Assembly (NCBI GenBank): GCA_964597575.1
Contig: CAZQXB010000001.1
Span: forward strand, 206,792 to 270,791
DNA length: 64,000 bases
DNA from: an uncultured Gammaproteobacteria bacterium
GTDB lineage: Bacteria; Patescibacteriota; Patescibacteriia; Magasanikbacterales; UBA922
Direction of reading: 5' to 3'
Made by a program: the position numbers and the translations under genes. Below are positions 1 through 9,879 of this stretch, one piece after another. Position 1 is the first letter of the stretch. Every line of letters begins with the position of its first letter. The notes under the pieces were generated by a model. The model was given only the letters and a program-made list of their open reading frames with translations. It ran no database searches and was not told the DNA's origin.

Positions 1-85
1 TGAGGATGAAGAGGAGAAATCTTTTGGTGAAGTATTTGGTGAAAAAGCAAATCAGATAAAGGCCTTTCTAAAAAGAGGTGTACGT

Positions 86-1303
86 TTGCTATTTTCAAAA
101 CGAGTTATAAGAAGCGAACAGATGAGTGATAAGTTTAAACTGACGGGGCGAAGCACTTTTGAAGTAGAACGTGAGCAACGTGCCCTTGATGTACTTCGAA
201 AAGGAAGAAACAAACGAGGGGTAGGGAAAGGAAGTTCTCGTTCAGAAGCTGCGGCGAGCACTGGTTCAAGACCCGCCTCTTCAGAGAGTCGCTCAAGTTC
301 AGTTGCGTCTGAAAGAGTATCAAGTAGCCGAAGCAAACCCGCGATAGCTGCATCACAAAAGTCTTCGGGGTTGAAAAATGCGTATTTGGCAGGGGGGATC
401 GCTCTCGGAGGTATTGGCGCAGGCGTAGGAGCTGTATATTTATCAACAGATTCACCCACACAAGAAGCAAGGGTGAATGAACCACCCAAACCAAATCCGA
501 CACCAGGTGGTGGGGTCGAGGTTGTAACTCCTCAAGATACAAAGCGAATCTCTCCTCAGGCAGAAGTGAAAACTTCTTCTCGTGCAGTAGAGAGAGAAAA
601 GGAAGAAAGATTGGCCGGTCAAATAGATATATTGAATACCTTTGATACCTGGGAGAAAGGGCTTACTTGGAATCAGTCCGCGGGCGCAGGCGAGGCACGT
701 ATTTTTTCTAAAGACGATGCTCCGAAGATAAAAAATGGTCTCCGAGAAGCCTTGCGAGCGACAGAAGCAGACCCGCGCACGAAGTATGCCTTTAGCGACG
801 AATCTCGCAAGGTGGTCAACGATAATATTGGAGAAGCTATTCAAAAGGTTGTTCGGGAAAAAGCACTGCCTGATCGATTTGTTTCTATTTTGAAATCATA
901 CATTGCCGTTGAGGCTGAAGAAAAAGCTCGTGGTGCTGTGGAGAAAAAATCCAAGTCAGGTTTGGCTGCTGAAAAACAAGCCCTTTTGTTGGAACAAGAA
1001 TTTGTTAAGGCGGTGGTAGCTTTAGGAAAAGAAGGTTCCTTAGAAAAAGTAGCCTCATCCTTCGAAAATTTCTTACCTGAACCAGAATACCATGGTGTTA
1101 TTGAGGCTGCGGTGTTCGCGAGGGTAGCAGGAAAAAATATCGATTCCTATTTACCGAAAAGACGCTTAAAAGAGGGGGCTGATGTGTATGGGGCTATTGC
1201 TAAGGTTATTGCAGAGGGTGTGAGTGATCCTAAAAAAGCAAAGGATACGGAGGTCTTGCGCAAAGTGCTCGTAGGGAGAGAGTTATTTGAAAAGAAAAAC
1301 TAA
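86..1303 (+). CDS. Hypothetical membrane-anchored protein with a Ser-rich low-complexity N-region and one predicted TM helix (AYLAGGIALGGIGAGVGAVYL). The reading frame is open back to window position 2, so the true start may lie upstream of the window.
   Basis: Long ORF. No stop between nt 2 and the first Met at 86. Hydrophobic helix. No recognisable catalytic motif. Translationally coupled to the next ORF (stop 1303, start 1312). Confidence 0.45.
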   Translation: MLFSKRVIRSEQMSDKFKLTGRSTFEVEREQRALDVLRKGRNKRGVGKGSSRSEAAASTGSRPASSESRSSSVASERVSSSRSKPAIAASQKSSGLKNAYLAGGIALGGIGAGVGAVYLSTDSPTQEARVNEPPKPNPTPGGGVEVVTPQDTKRISPQAEVKTSSRAVEREKEERLAGQIDILNTFDTWEKGLTWNQSAGAGEARIFSKDDAPKIKNGLREALRATEADPRTKYAFSDESRKVVNDNIGEAIQKVVREKALPDRFVSILKSYIAVEAEEKARGAVEKKSKSGLAAEKQALLLEQEFVKAVVALGKEGSLEKVASSFENFLPEPEYHGVIEAAVFARVAGKNIDSYLPKRRLKEGADVYGAIAKVIAEGVSDPKKAKDTEVLRKVLVGRELFEKKN

Positions 1304-1311
1304 GTTTATTT

Positions 1312-2628
1312 ATGGAAAAAGCCCAAAAAAAGAATCACCCGGATGACGATCTCTTTCTTCGGTATAAAGGAGAAATTATTCGACAAAATGGTGACGACAA
1401 GCTCCGTGATCCTGAATTTATTGATAAAATGGAAACAGAATATGGTCAGGTCGCCAAAGAACTTACTCACCGTATGGCCGGTGTTTTGGGGGAAGAATTT
1501 TTTATTCATTTGAAAATAAAATTCTCCGCCGAAGACACGGGAGAGATTAAAAAGTCCGTTATTGACTACCTTGCTGCTCGGTTTAGTGAAGAAAAACATT
1601 CGGGTGACCAGACGCCAGCGGAGTGGTTAGAGAAGGTGAAAAATTTTGAAGAGTTACGGAAGCGCGTGGCTGATAAAGAGGACAAAATTGCTGCTTCTGA
1701 AGACTACGAAGCTCTCAGTGTTATGTCGGGGGAAGAAAAAGAGAAGCGTATCGCGGTATACGAAACACTTGCTGGGTTAAAAACAGATAAATTTTTTTCC
1801 GGAGGAAAAAAGTTGAAGTTGCTTCGTGGGTTAGGGGCCAAATCTCACCCTACATCAGCGGTACGCAAATGGACCGACATTCTTCGCTCTAAGGAAGAGC
1901 GAGATGCGCTTGATATTTACTTCTCGAAGCATGATGAGGTGGAAGGGGGAATGGGGCGTGAAATTGCCGATTTAGATACGGTAGAAAGAGATCTAGAAAC
2001 ATTAAAAAATATTCACGATGTCGCAGAGCTTCGTGCGCTTCGTGCAGAAATTTTAAATACATTTTCTGTAATCACGAATGTTCATAATAAAGTTGCACTG
2101 TGGTTCGGAGAAACACTGAGTGGAATCGAAGCTCGGGGAGGAAAAGACCGAGAGCGCATAGTTAAGTATCAAGCCCAAATTGATGAGTTAAATAAAGTTC
2201 GATCTCTGCAAAAAAAAGGAGTCTTCTTTACGGGGAATCCTTTGGACCTAGAGGATCAAGTTGGGGCTATGCAGGTGATAGATGAGGGTATTAATGAGAC
2301 AACAGGAAAGATAAAAAAACTTCTCGAGAAAGAGGTGAAAGATGAAATTACCCAATTTAAGTATTATGAGAGTAGAGATGCATCAAAGACTTTCAAAGGT
2401 GAGATGTCTCGGGTGCTCAGTCATTATTTTAAGCCAGAAAGGAGAATTGGAAATTTAAATACCGAACAAAAGCTGGCTTTTTTTGCTGAACTTTTTAAAG
2501 ATTTGTCCAAAGATAAAGATGTCGTGAACTCCCAAAGTGGCAAGGAAAAAATAGCTCTTTTGCAGGAAGCATATGTGAGACTTGAGGATGACGTAGAGGC
2601 TATGCGAAGTAAAAAAGCCAAGAAATAA
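1312..2628 (+). CDS. Hypothetical soluble protein, highly charged and coiled-coil-like (Lys/Glu-rich), function unknown.
   Basis: 438-aa ORF tightly packed between the flanking ORFs (1303/1312 and 2628/2632), suggesting a 3-gene operon. No motif recognised. Confidence 0.5.
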   Translation: MEKAQKKNHPDDDLFLRYKGEIIRQNGDDKLRDPEFIDKMETEYGQVAKELTHRMAGVLGEEFFIHLKIKFSAEDTGEIKKSVIDYLAARFSEEKHSGDQTPAEWLEKVKNFEELRKRVADKEDKIAASEDYEALSVMSGEEKEKRIAVYETLAGLKTDKFFSGGKKLKLLRGLGAKSHPTSAVRKWTDILRSKEERDALDIYFSKHDEVEGGMGREIADLDTVERDLETLKNIHDVAELRALRAEILNTFSVITNVHNKVALWFGETLSGIEARGGKDRERIVKYQAQIDELNKVRSLQKKGVFFTGNPLDLEDQVGAMQVIDEGINETTGKIKKLLEKEVKDEITQFKYYESRDASKTFKGEMSRVLSHYFKPERRIGNLNTEQKLAFFAELFKDLSKDKDVVNSQSGKEKIALLQEAYVRLEDDVEAMRSKKAKK

Positions 2629-2631
2629 TTT

Positions 2632-2943
2632 ATGAAAACTCTTTCCGACGTTCGGCAAAAATTGTTTGCAAAGTTTACGGCCTGTCTTGATGCTGGAGAT
2701 CAAGTGGGAGCAAAACAGGCCATGAAAGAATTATTTTTAGAACCGCTCACTAGTGTTGAGCGTGGAGAGGTGTATTTTTCTCTCATGACCGCGTACATGA
2801 ACGTCATGGCGAAAGCTGATGGTGCGTATGAAAAGGTGCTCGATGGTATGATTGAGCGTTTGGATTTAATTGAGAAGCGCGAAGGGGAGATTGGAGAAGA
2901 AAATCAAAAAGCTGCCGCGCGGCAGACTATTTCTGAACAGTAG
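2632..2943 (+). CDS. Hypothetical small protein (103 aa).
   Basis: ORF follows the previous gene's stop within 4 nt. A terminator-like hairpin lies immediately downstream. Confidence 0.4.
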   Translation: MKTLSDVRQKLFAKFTACLDAGDQVGAKQAMKELFLEPLTSVERGEVYFSLMTAYMNVMAKADGAYEKVLDGMIERLDLIEKREGEIGEENQKAAARQTISEQ

Positions 2944-2971
2944 GTTTACTATATATTGCTTGTTGCATCGA

Positions 2972-2998
2972 AGCCGCCCCATGGGCGGTTTTCCTTTT
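2972..2998 (+). terminator. Rho-independent terminator candidate (GCCGCCCC-atg-GGGCGGTTTTCCTTTT).
   Basis: GC-rich 6-7 bp stem with a short loop, followed by a T-tract on the + strand directly after the 3-gene operon. Confidence 0.5.
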
Positions 2999-3122
2999 CG
3001 CCGTGCAAATGCAAGAGTTCGGCTCATCAGTTCCGATACACAATCGGAAGAAGGAAGTTCCAGCGTCTAGAGCACCGTGAAGGTGGTAGACGCTGGGGAG
3101 AAAGAAAGGTCAGGTTTCGCCA

Positions 3123-5330
3123 TTAGTGGCCGGTATCGGCAGTGTCGATGTCTTCCGTTTCGTCGGCGACGGTGCTTGAATCCACGCTGGGGGCATAAGC
3201 CGTTGTGGCCGTGCTTGAGGTGCCGATCGGCGCTGCCAATCGAACCTCATCAATCACGACGTGTTCAATCCCTTCCGGCACGTCGAAGGTCGGCTTCGAG
3301 TATTCCGGCAAGAGACTGGCTTCTGCCATGAAACGAACCCAGAGTACTCGAGGGAGGTCGCCACCGGTGGCGCCCTTTCCGTTGGCCATAACGATCGGGG
3401 TATTATCGTCATACCCCACCCACACGCTGCCTCCGAGACTCGGAGTGAACCCAACAAATCGTGTCGTCCTCGACTCGTTTGTAGTTCCGGTTTTTCCGGC
3501 GATGGCCACCGGTACCTTTTTGGCAACAGGCTCTGCTACTTTCATAAGCGCGTCCGTAACGAGGTATGCGACCTCTGGGGTGAGCACTTGGGCCGGAGGC
3601 GCGAGGTTGTTTTTGAAGACCACGCTTCCATCACTGGCAAGGATTTCCTTTACCCAGTGAAATTGGGCCAACTTGCCCTGGTTCCCAAATGCCAAATAGA
3701 TAGACAAGACGTTGGTATCGCTTGCCTCTATCGCACCAATCATCGCCGACGGTTGAAAGCGCTCAATGATCCCCTCGTAGCGGAATTTTTTTGCCACCTC
3801 GATTACTGGCTCAAGATGGATCGTTCCTGGTCCCGCTGTCTCCCATTCTTCGTCGGAGATCTCGTCTTCCGGATGCCGAGAGAAGCCGAGTTTCGCCACC
3901 GTATACATCGTGCATACGTTCGATGACTTTTTGAGCCACTTCCACAAAGGAATATATCCTCCTTCCGTTTTTCCCTCGTAGTTTCGTGGTGTGTAGTCTC
4001 GTGGCGGCTTCGACTCGGCGATACGATACGTTCGACTCTCGTCGAGGCAGGCCCCAGGGAATCCGAAGATTTCTGGGTGTTCCATGGCCGCCGCGTATAC
4101 GAGCGGCTTAAAGGTCGAGCCAATCTGTCGTCGCGACTGGATGGCACGATTCCATTTTCCTGCTGCTCGTGCGGAGCGGCCACCTACCATGGCGATCATT
4201 TCTCCGGAAGGGGACATAACGGCAAAACCTGTTTCAAGCATCTTGCCCGGAGTCGAACGGACTTTGGTATCGAGTTCTTGGAGGCCTTCTCGAACCACCT
4301 TTTCTGCTATGGCCTGAACCTTCAACCGAAAGGTGGTGTACACCTTTAGTCCGTGCGCCGTCGCCTGCTCTGACCCGAGCACCTCGATGATTTGATTGCG
4401 TACATGCGTACACAGCCATCCGGTTGCATCGCCATCTGCCTCTCCAGGCGCGGTCGCAATGACAAGCGGAAACTGCTTCAGCAACGCAACCGACGAAGTC
4501 GCAACCTCGCCCATCTCGGCCATTCCGCTTAGAACATAGTTCCGTCGTTCGAGAGCCCAGTTTGGCCGGGTGGCGTTGTTGAACAGGTTGCTCGGGGCCT
4601 TATAGAGGCTTCCCAAGAACGCTGCTTCGACCGTTGTGATCTGGTCGAGTGGTTTAGCAAACCACACACGCGCGGCTTCACGAACCCCCTGAACATTGCT
4701 TCGGCCTGCACCTGCTCCATAGTTCGCGAGGTTGTGGTACATCTCGAGAATGTCTTCCTTCGAGAATACCTTTTCAATCTCGCGCGCCATTTTCAGCTCA
4801 AATCCCTTTCTCATCCACTTGTCGCCTTTCGGAACAAGATTTTGGTACGGAGCATTTGGGGCGAAGAAAAGCATCTTCACTACCTGCATGGTGATGGTCG
4901 AAGCGCCGCGCAGCTTTTTGCCGGTGCCGAGCGTCTTCACGTTGTCGTAGATTGCGGCGCCGAGGCCACGGTAGTCTACGCCATTGTGCTCGTAGAAACG
5001 TCGGTCTTCGGCGGCTAACGTAGCCTGGACCATGACCTTCGGAATTTCCTTAAACAGGACCGGTACCAGGGTGGGGGCATAGTGGGGCTTCCCGTCCACC
5101 ATCTTTTCGATGTACGGGAGCCGACAGATGATTTCCCCATCGGCATCGTATACTGTGGCATTCCGCCGCAACTCACTGCGGTAGTCCTTGACCACCGAAA
5201 TGTCCGGCATGCGCTGGCTGAAGTAGTGATCAAAGTAAAGGTAGGCCGCACCGGCCCCTACGAGAGCGATAATCCCGAGAAGAAACAAAATCACGAGAAT
5301 CTTCCAGAGCTTCTTCATGGTCGTTACCAT
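3123..5330 (-). CDS. Class A penicillin-binding protein (bifunctional transglycosylase/transpeptidase, PBP1A-type). The likely start is the second Met (MKKLWKIL..., about 5318), which begins a signal-anchor.
   Basis: N-terminal TM anchor. Transglycosylase motif EDRRFYEHNGVD. Transpeptidase SxxK (STFKP) and KTGT(T) motifs. The gene is much more GC-rich than its neighbours (hand-counted sample lines about 53-58% versus about 40%). Confidence 0.9.
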   Translation of the reverse strand: MVTTMKKLWKILVILFLLGIIALVGAGAAYLYFDHYFSQRMPDISVVKDYRSELRRNATVYDADGEIICRLPYIEKMVDGKPHYAPTLVPVLFKEIPKVMVQATLAAEDRRFYEHNGVDYRGLGAAIYDNVKTLGTGKKLRGASTITMQVVKMLFFAPNAPYQNLVPKGDKWMRKGFELKMAREIEKVFSKEDILEMYHNLANYGAGAGRSNVQGVREAARVWFAKPLDQITTVEAAFLGSLYKAPSNLFNNATRPNWALERRNYVLSGMAEMGEVATSSVALLKQFPLVIATAPGEADGDATGWLCTHVRNQIIEVLGSEQATAHGLKVYTTFRLKVQAIAEKVVREGLQELDTKVRSTPGKMLETGFAVMSPSGEMIAMVGGRSARAAGKWNRAIQSRRQIGSTFKPLVYAAAMEHPEIFGFPGACLDESRTYRIAESKPPRDYTPRNYEGKTEGGYIPLWKWLKKSSNVCTMYTVAKLGFSRHPEDEISDEEWETAGPGTIHLEPVIEVAKKFRYEGIIERFQPSAMIGAIEASDTNVLSIYLAFGNQGKLAQFHWVKEILASDGSVVFKNNLAPPAQVLTPEVAYLVTDALMKVAEPVAKKVPVAIAGKTGTTNESRTTRFVGFTPSLGGSVWVGYDDNTPIVMANGKGATGGDLPRVLWVRFMAEASLLPEYSKPTFDVPEGIEHVVIDEVRLAAPIGTSSTATTAYAPSVDSSTVADETEDIDTADTGH

Positions 5331-5429
5331 TTCCTTTCTTTCAAAGAGACCTTACCGTCCCGATTGTAAATGAACTTGCAAATCATTCTTCGGGTAAGCG
5401 AAGTGATCGGTTACTGGTTGTAACGGCTT

Positions 5430-5458
5430 AGTATAGCATAAAAACGCCATTTTGTCAA
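5430..5458 (-). promoter_or_regulatory. Sigma70-like promoter for the PBP gene (minus strand: TTGACA - 17 nt - TATACT).
   Basis: Reverse complement of 5421-5460 reads tcTTGACAaaatggcgtttttatgcTATACTaagcc. A nearly identical cassette sits upstream of rnpB. Confidence 0.45.
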
Positions 5459-5506
5459 GAAGGGGAGTGCATATCTTATTGGCTAAAATAAGCTCAATTA
5501 TGAGTT

Positions 5507-5543
5507 TTTTTCGGAAAACAAAATCCCTTCAATGAAGAAGGGG
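5507..5543 (-). terminator. Hairpin terminator downstream of gyrB (minus strand), possibly bidirectional.
   Basis: CCCTTC-aatgaa-GAAGGG stem-loop, followed on the minus strand by ATTTTGTTTTCC. Confidence 0.45.
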
Positions 5544-5589
5544 TTTTGCTGTTTGAATCGAGTTGAGAAAACGACTGGAATCGATGCCG

Positions 5590-7689
<2,100 letters not shown>

Positions 7690-7766
7690 CTAATGGTAGC
7701 ATGGCGACTAGGCATCTGCCAAGTTCTTTTACCCTCCCTTTTTCGAAGATGTGTTTGTGTGCTAGA

Positions 7767-8687
7767 ATGAAGGAAGCTATGCCAACACCAGAAGAAAAAT
7801 TGTTCACCCGCTACGTTGATCCGACTGGCGAGTTAAGCAACCGAAAGCTACGGCTTGGGACATGGTATGTGCGCCATGAGGAGTTCATGTACAAAATTGT
7901 GGTCGGACTTTTGTTTGTCTGGTCTATCTTTGCTGTCGGAGGAAGTGCACTATATATTCTTTCCTATGCAGCCGAAGGGTATTGGGCTGATGAAGCGAGT
8001 TTAACGGCTGAACTGAATCGCCCGGCAGTGAATGTGGCTGCGCGCACAAGGCTTTCCGCAAAGCCATTGAATTTTGGAAATATCGGTGTTTATGATGCCG
8101 CTTTTGAGCGGTGGAATATTGTGGCTGAGGCGGTAAACCCAAATACAGAGTGGATTGCTGTGGTGACCTACAAATTCCGCTACGATGGGGGAGAGACGCG
8201 TTCCGAAACAAGTGTGGTGTATCCAGGTGAGACCCGGCCGCTGCCACTTTTTGGTGCTGTAGAGGGGGTATTTCCTACAAACGTGAATCTTCATGTAGAG
8301 CATGTAGCCTGGCGTCGGATTAGTGCGCGAACAGTGATCAACCCCGAGACATTTATGGCGGAACGCAAAGATTTTATTTTATCAGAAGTAGTCATCGGAG
8401 CCCCTCCAGGGACAGAAACTCTGAGTGTGTTACCGGTGAAGGTGGTGCTTCAGAACCGCACCGCATATGGATATTGGGAGGTTTCTGGAGTTCTTGAGCT
8501 TCGTCGTGCTGGAGCGGCAGTCGGATATGCTCCGGTATATATTCAGGAATTTCGATCGGGGGATACGGAGACTGTAGATGTGCGGGTAAATGGGGTAGAG
8601 CCGCCGATTGACGAAGTGGTATTTTTTCCTAATATTGATTTTGTTGATACGTCAGCGTATATTCCCCCGGAGGTTCTTACCCCGTAG
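7767..8687 (+). CDS. Hypothetical bitopic membrane protein with a short cytoplasmic N-term, one TM helix and an extracytoplasmic domain of about 270 aa. Its stop abuts the SEDS gene start (8687/8690).
   Basis: The ORF-track start at 7677 would overlap the gyrB start. The first plausible ATG (MKEAMPTPEEK) is at 7767 and overlaps a TAGAAT -10-like element, so a leaderless start at 7779 is also possible. TM helix IVVGLLFVWSIFAVGGSALYIL. Confidence 0.5.
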   Translation: MKEAMPTPEEKLFTRYVDPTGELSNRKLRLGTWYVRHEEFMYKIVVGLLFVWSIFAVGGSALYILSYAAEGYWADEASLTAELNRPAVNVAARTRLSAKPLNFGNIGVYDAAFERWNIVAEAVNPNTEWIAVVTYKFRYDGGETRSETSVVYPGETRPLPLFGAVEGVFPTNVNLHVEHVAWRRISARTVINPETFMAERKDFILSEVVIGAPPGTETLSVLPVKVVLQNRTAYGYWEVSGVLELRRAGAAVGYAPVYIQEFRSGDTETVDVRVNGVEPPIDEVVFFPNIDFVDTSAYIPPEVLTP

Positions 8688-8689
8688 GT

Positions 8690-9805
8690 ATGCGTACTAT
8701 TGCCAGGTTTTTTGAGACATTTCGCCATCACGATTGGGTTCTTACGATTACGACTGTTCTCCTGACCGCGATTGGTCTTTCAGCAATCTACAGTATTGAT
8801 TTATCTCGCGGTGGTCCTCTTGTTCTTACTCCGAGACAAGTGGTTGCAGCGAGCCTCGGTATCCTTCTTATTTTTTTATTTGGGTCAATTCATGTCAGTA
8901 TTTATCGGCGAAGTGCAAAATTGTGGTACGTTGTTGCTCTCATCCTCCTTGCCGCAGTCCTTATTTTTGGTACCACGATTCGTGGTACCACGGGTTGGTT
9001 TCGTGTGGCTGGGGTTTCCTTTCAGCCGGTAGAATTTGCTAAAATCGCTCTGATTCTTTTTTTGGCGTTTCTTATCCATCGTCATGCACGGCAATTTGAT
9101 CGTATCGAGTTTTTGCTCAGCACCTTACTTGCCATGGCCATTTTGGCAGGATTTGTTCTTTTGCAACCAGATACTGGTTCTGCCCTTATCCTCGCTGCGA
9201 TCTGGTTTGGTATGTTTGCTTTGACGAAGACGCGGCCGCGGTATCTTTTAGGGGTGATATTCGGTGGGGTAGCGCTGGCGGGTATTGCCTGGCTATTTGT
9301 TCTCGCTCCGTATCAGAAAGATCGAGTGTGGGCATTTCTACAACCCGGGGCGGAAACGACCAACGCAGGATATAATCTCGAGCAATCAATTATCGCGATT
9401 GGTTCAGGGCAATTTACTGGCCGCGGTCTTGGGTCTGGTTCACAGAGCCAGCTCCATTTTTTGCCAGAAGCCCAAACCGATTTTATTTTTGCTGCAATCG
9501 GTGAAGAATTGGGCTTTGTCGGCGCCTTTGCGGTGGTTATTCTTTTCGTTATTCTTATTGGACGTCTTTTTTTTATCGCAACTAAGGCAACTGACGACTT
9601 TGAGGCGTATGTGGTGATCGGTATCGCTATCCTTTTATTTGTCCACTGTTTTATAAATATCGGCGGAGTTCTCCGTCTGCTTCCTCTTACAGGAGTCACG
9701 TTGCCTTTTCTCAGTTACGGGGGTTCGTCTCTTCTTATGAATTTTCTTCTCCTTGGAATTGCCCAGAGTATTGCCAGCCGTCGCGAGAGGGGATCTTCGG
9801 TCTAA
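8690..9805 (+). CDS. SEDS-family peptidoglycan polymerase (FtsW/RodA/SpoVE family).
   Basis: Ten-TM topology and the characteristic QPVEFAKIALILFLA and C-terminal SYGGSS motifs. It lies adjacent to the class-A PBP and gyrB. Confidence 0.85.
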   Translation: MRTIARFFETFRHHDWVLTITTVLLTAIGLSAIYSIDLSRGGPLVLTPRQVVAASLGILLIFLFGSIHVSIYRRSAKLWYVVALILLAAVLIFGTTIRGTTGWFRVAGVSFQPVEFAKIALILFLAFLIHRHARQFDRIEFLLSTLLAMAILAGFVLLQPDTGSALILAAIWFGMFALTKTRPRYLLGVIFGGVALAGIAWLFVLAPYQKDRVWAFLQPGAETTNAGYNLEQSIIAIGSGQFTGRGLGSGSQSQLHFLPEAQTDFIFAAIGEELGFVGAFAVVILFVILIGRLFFIATKATDDFEAYVVIGIAILLFVHCFINIGGVLRLLPLTGVTLPFLSYGGSSLLMNFLLLGIAQSIASRRERGSSV

Positions 9806-9811
9806 GAAAAG

Positions 9812-9823
9812 TGTGTTATACTA
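9812..9823 (+). promoter_or_regulatory. Extended -10 promoter candidate (TGtTATACT) upstream of giant protein A.
   Basis: The motif tgTGtTATACTata lies about 55 nt upstream of the 9880 start. Similar TGnTATACT motifs recur upstream of 29132, 35519, 38939 and 52396. Confidence 0.3.
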
Positions 9824-9879
9824 TACGTAGCGTTGGTGTGGCATTTTTAGATTGAGCCATATCCGCTCTGTTTTTTGGT

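Noticed and set aside
52-542. Minus-strand ORFs (145 aa and 135 aa) at the window start
   Set aside because: They are antisense to the longer plus-strand ORF, whose frame is open to the window edge. No supporting signals.
3205-3926. Plus-strand ORFs (151 aa, 221 aa) inside the PBP gene
   Set aside because: They are antisense to a well-supported PBP coding sequence. Long antisense ORFs are expected by chance in the GC-rich PBP region.
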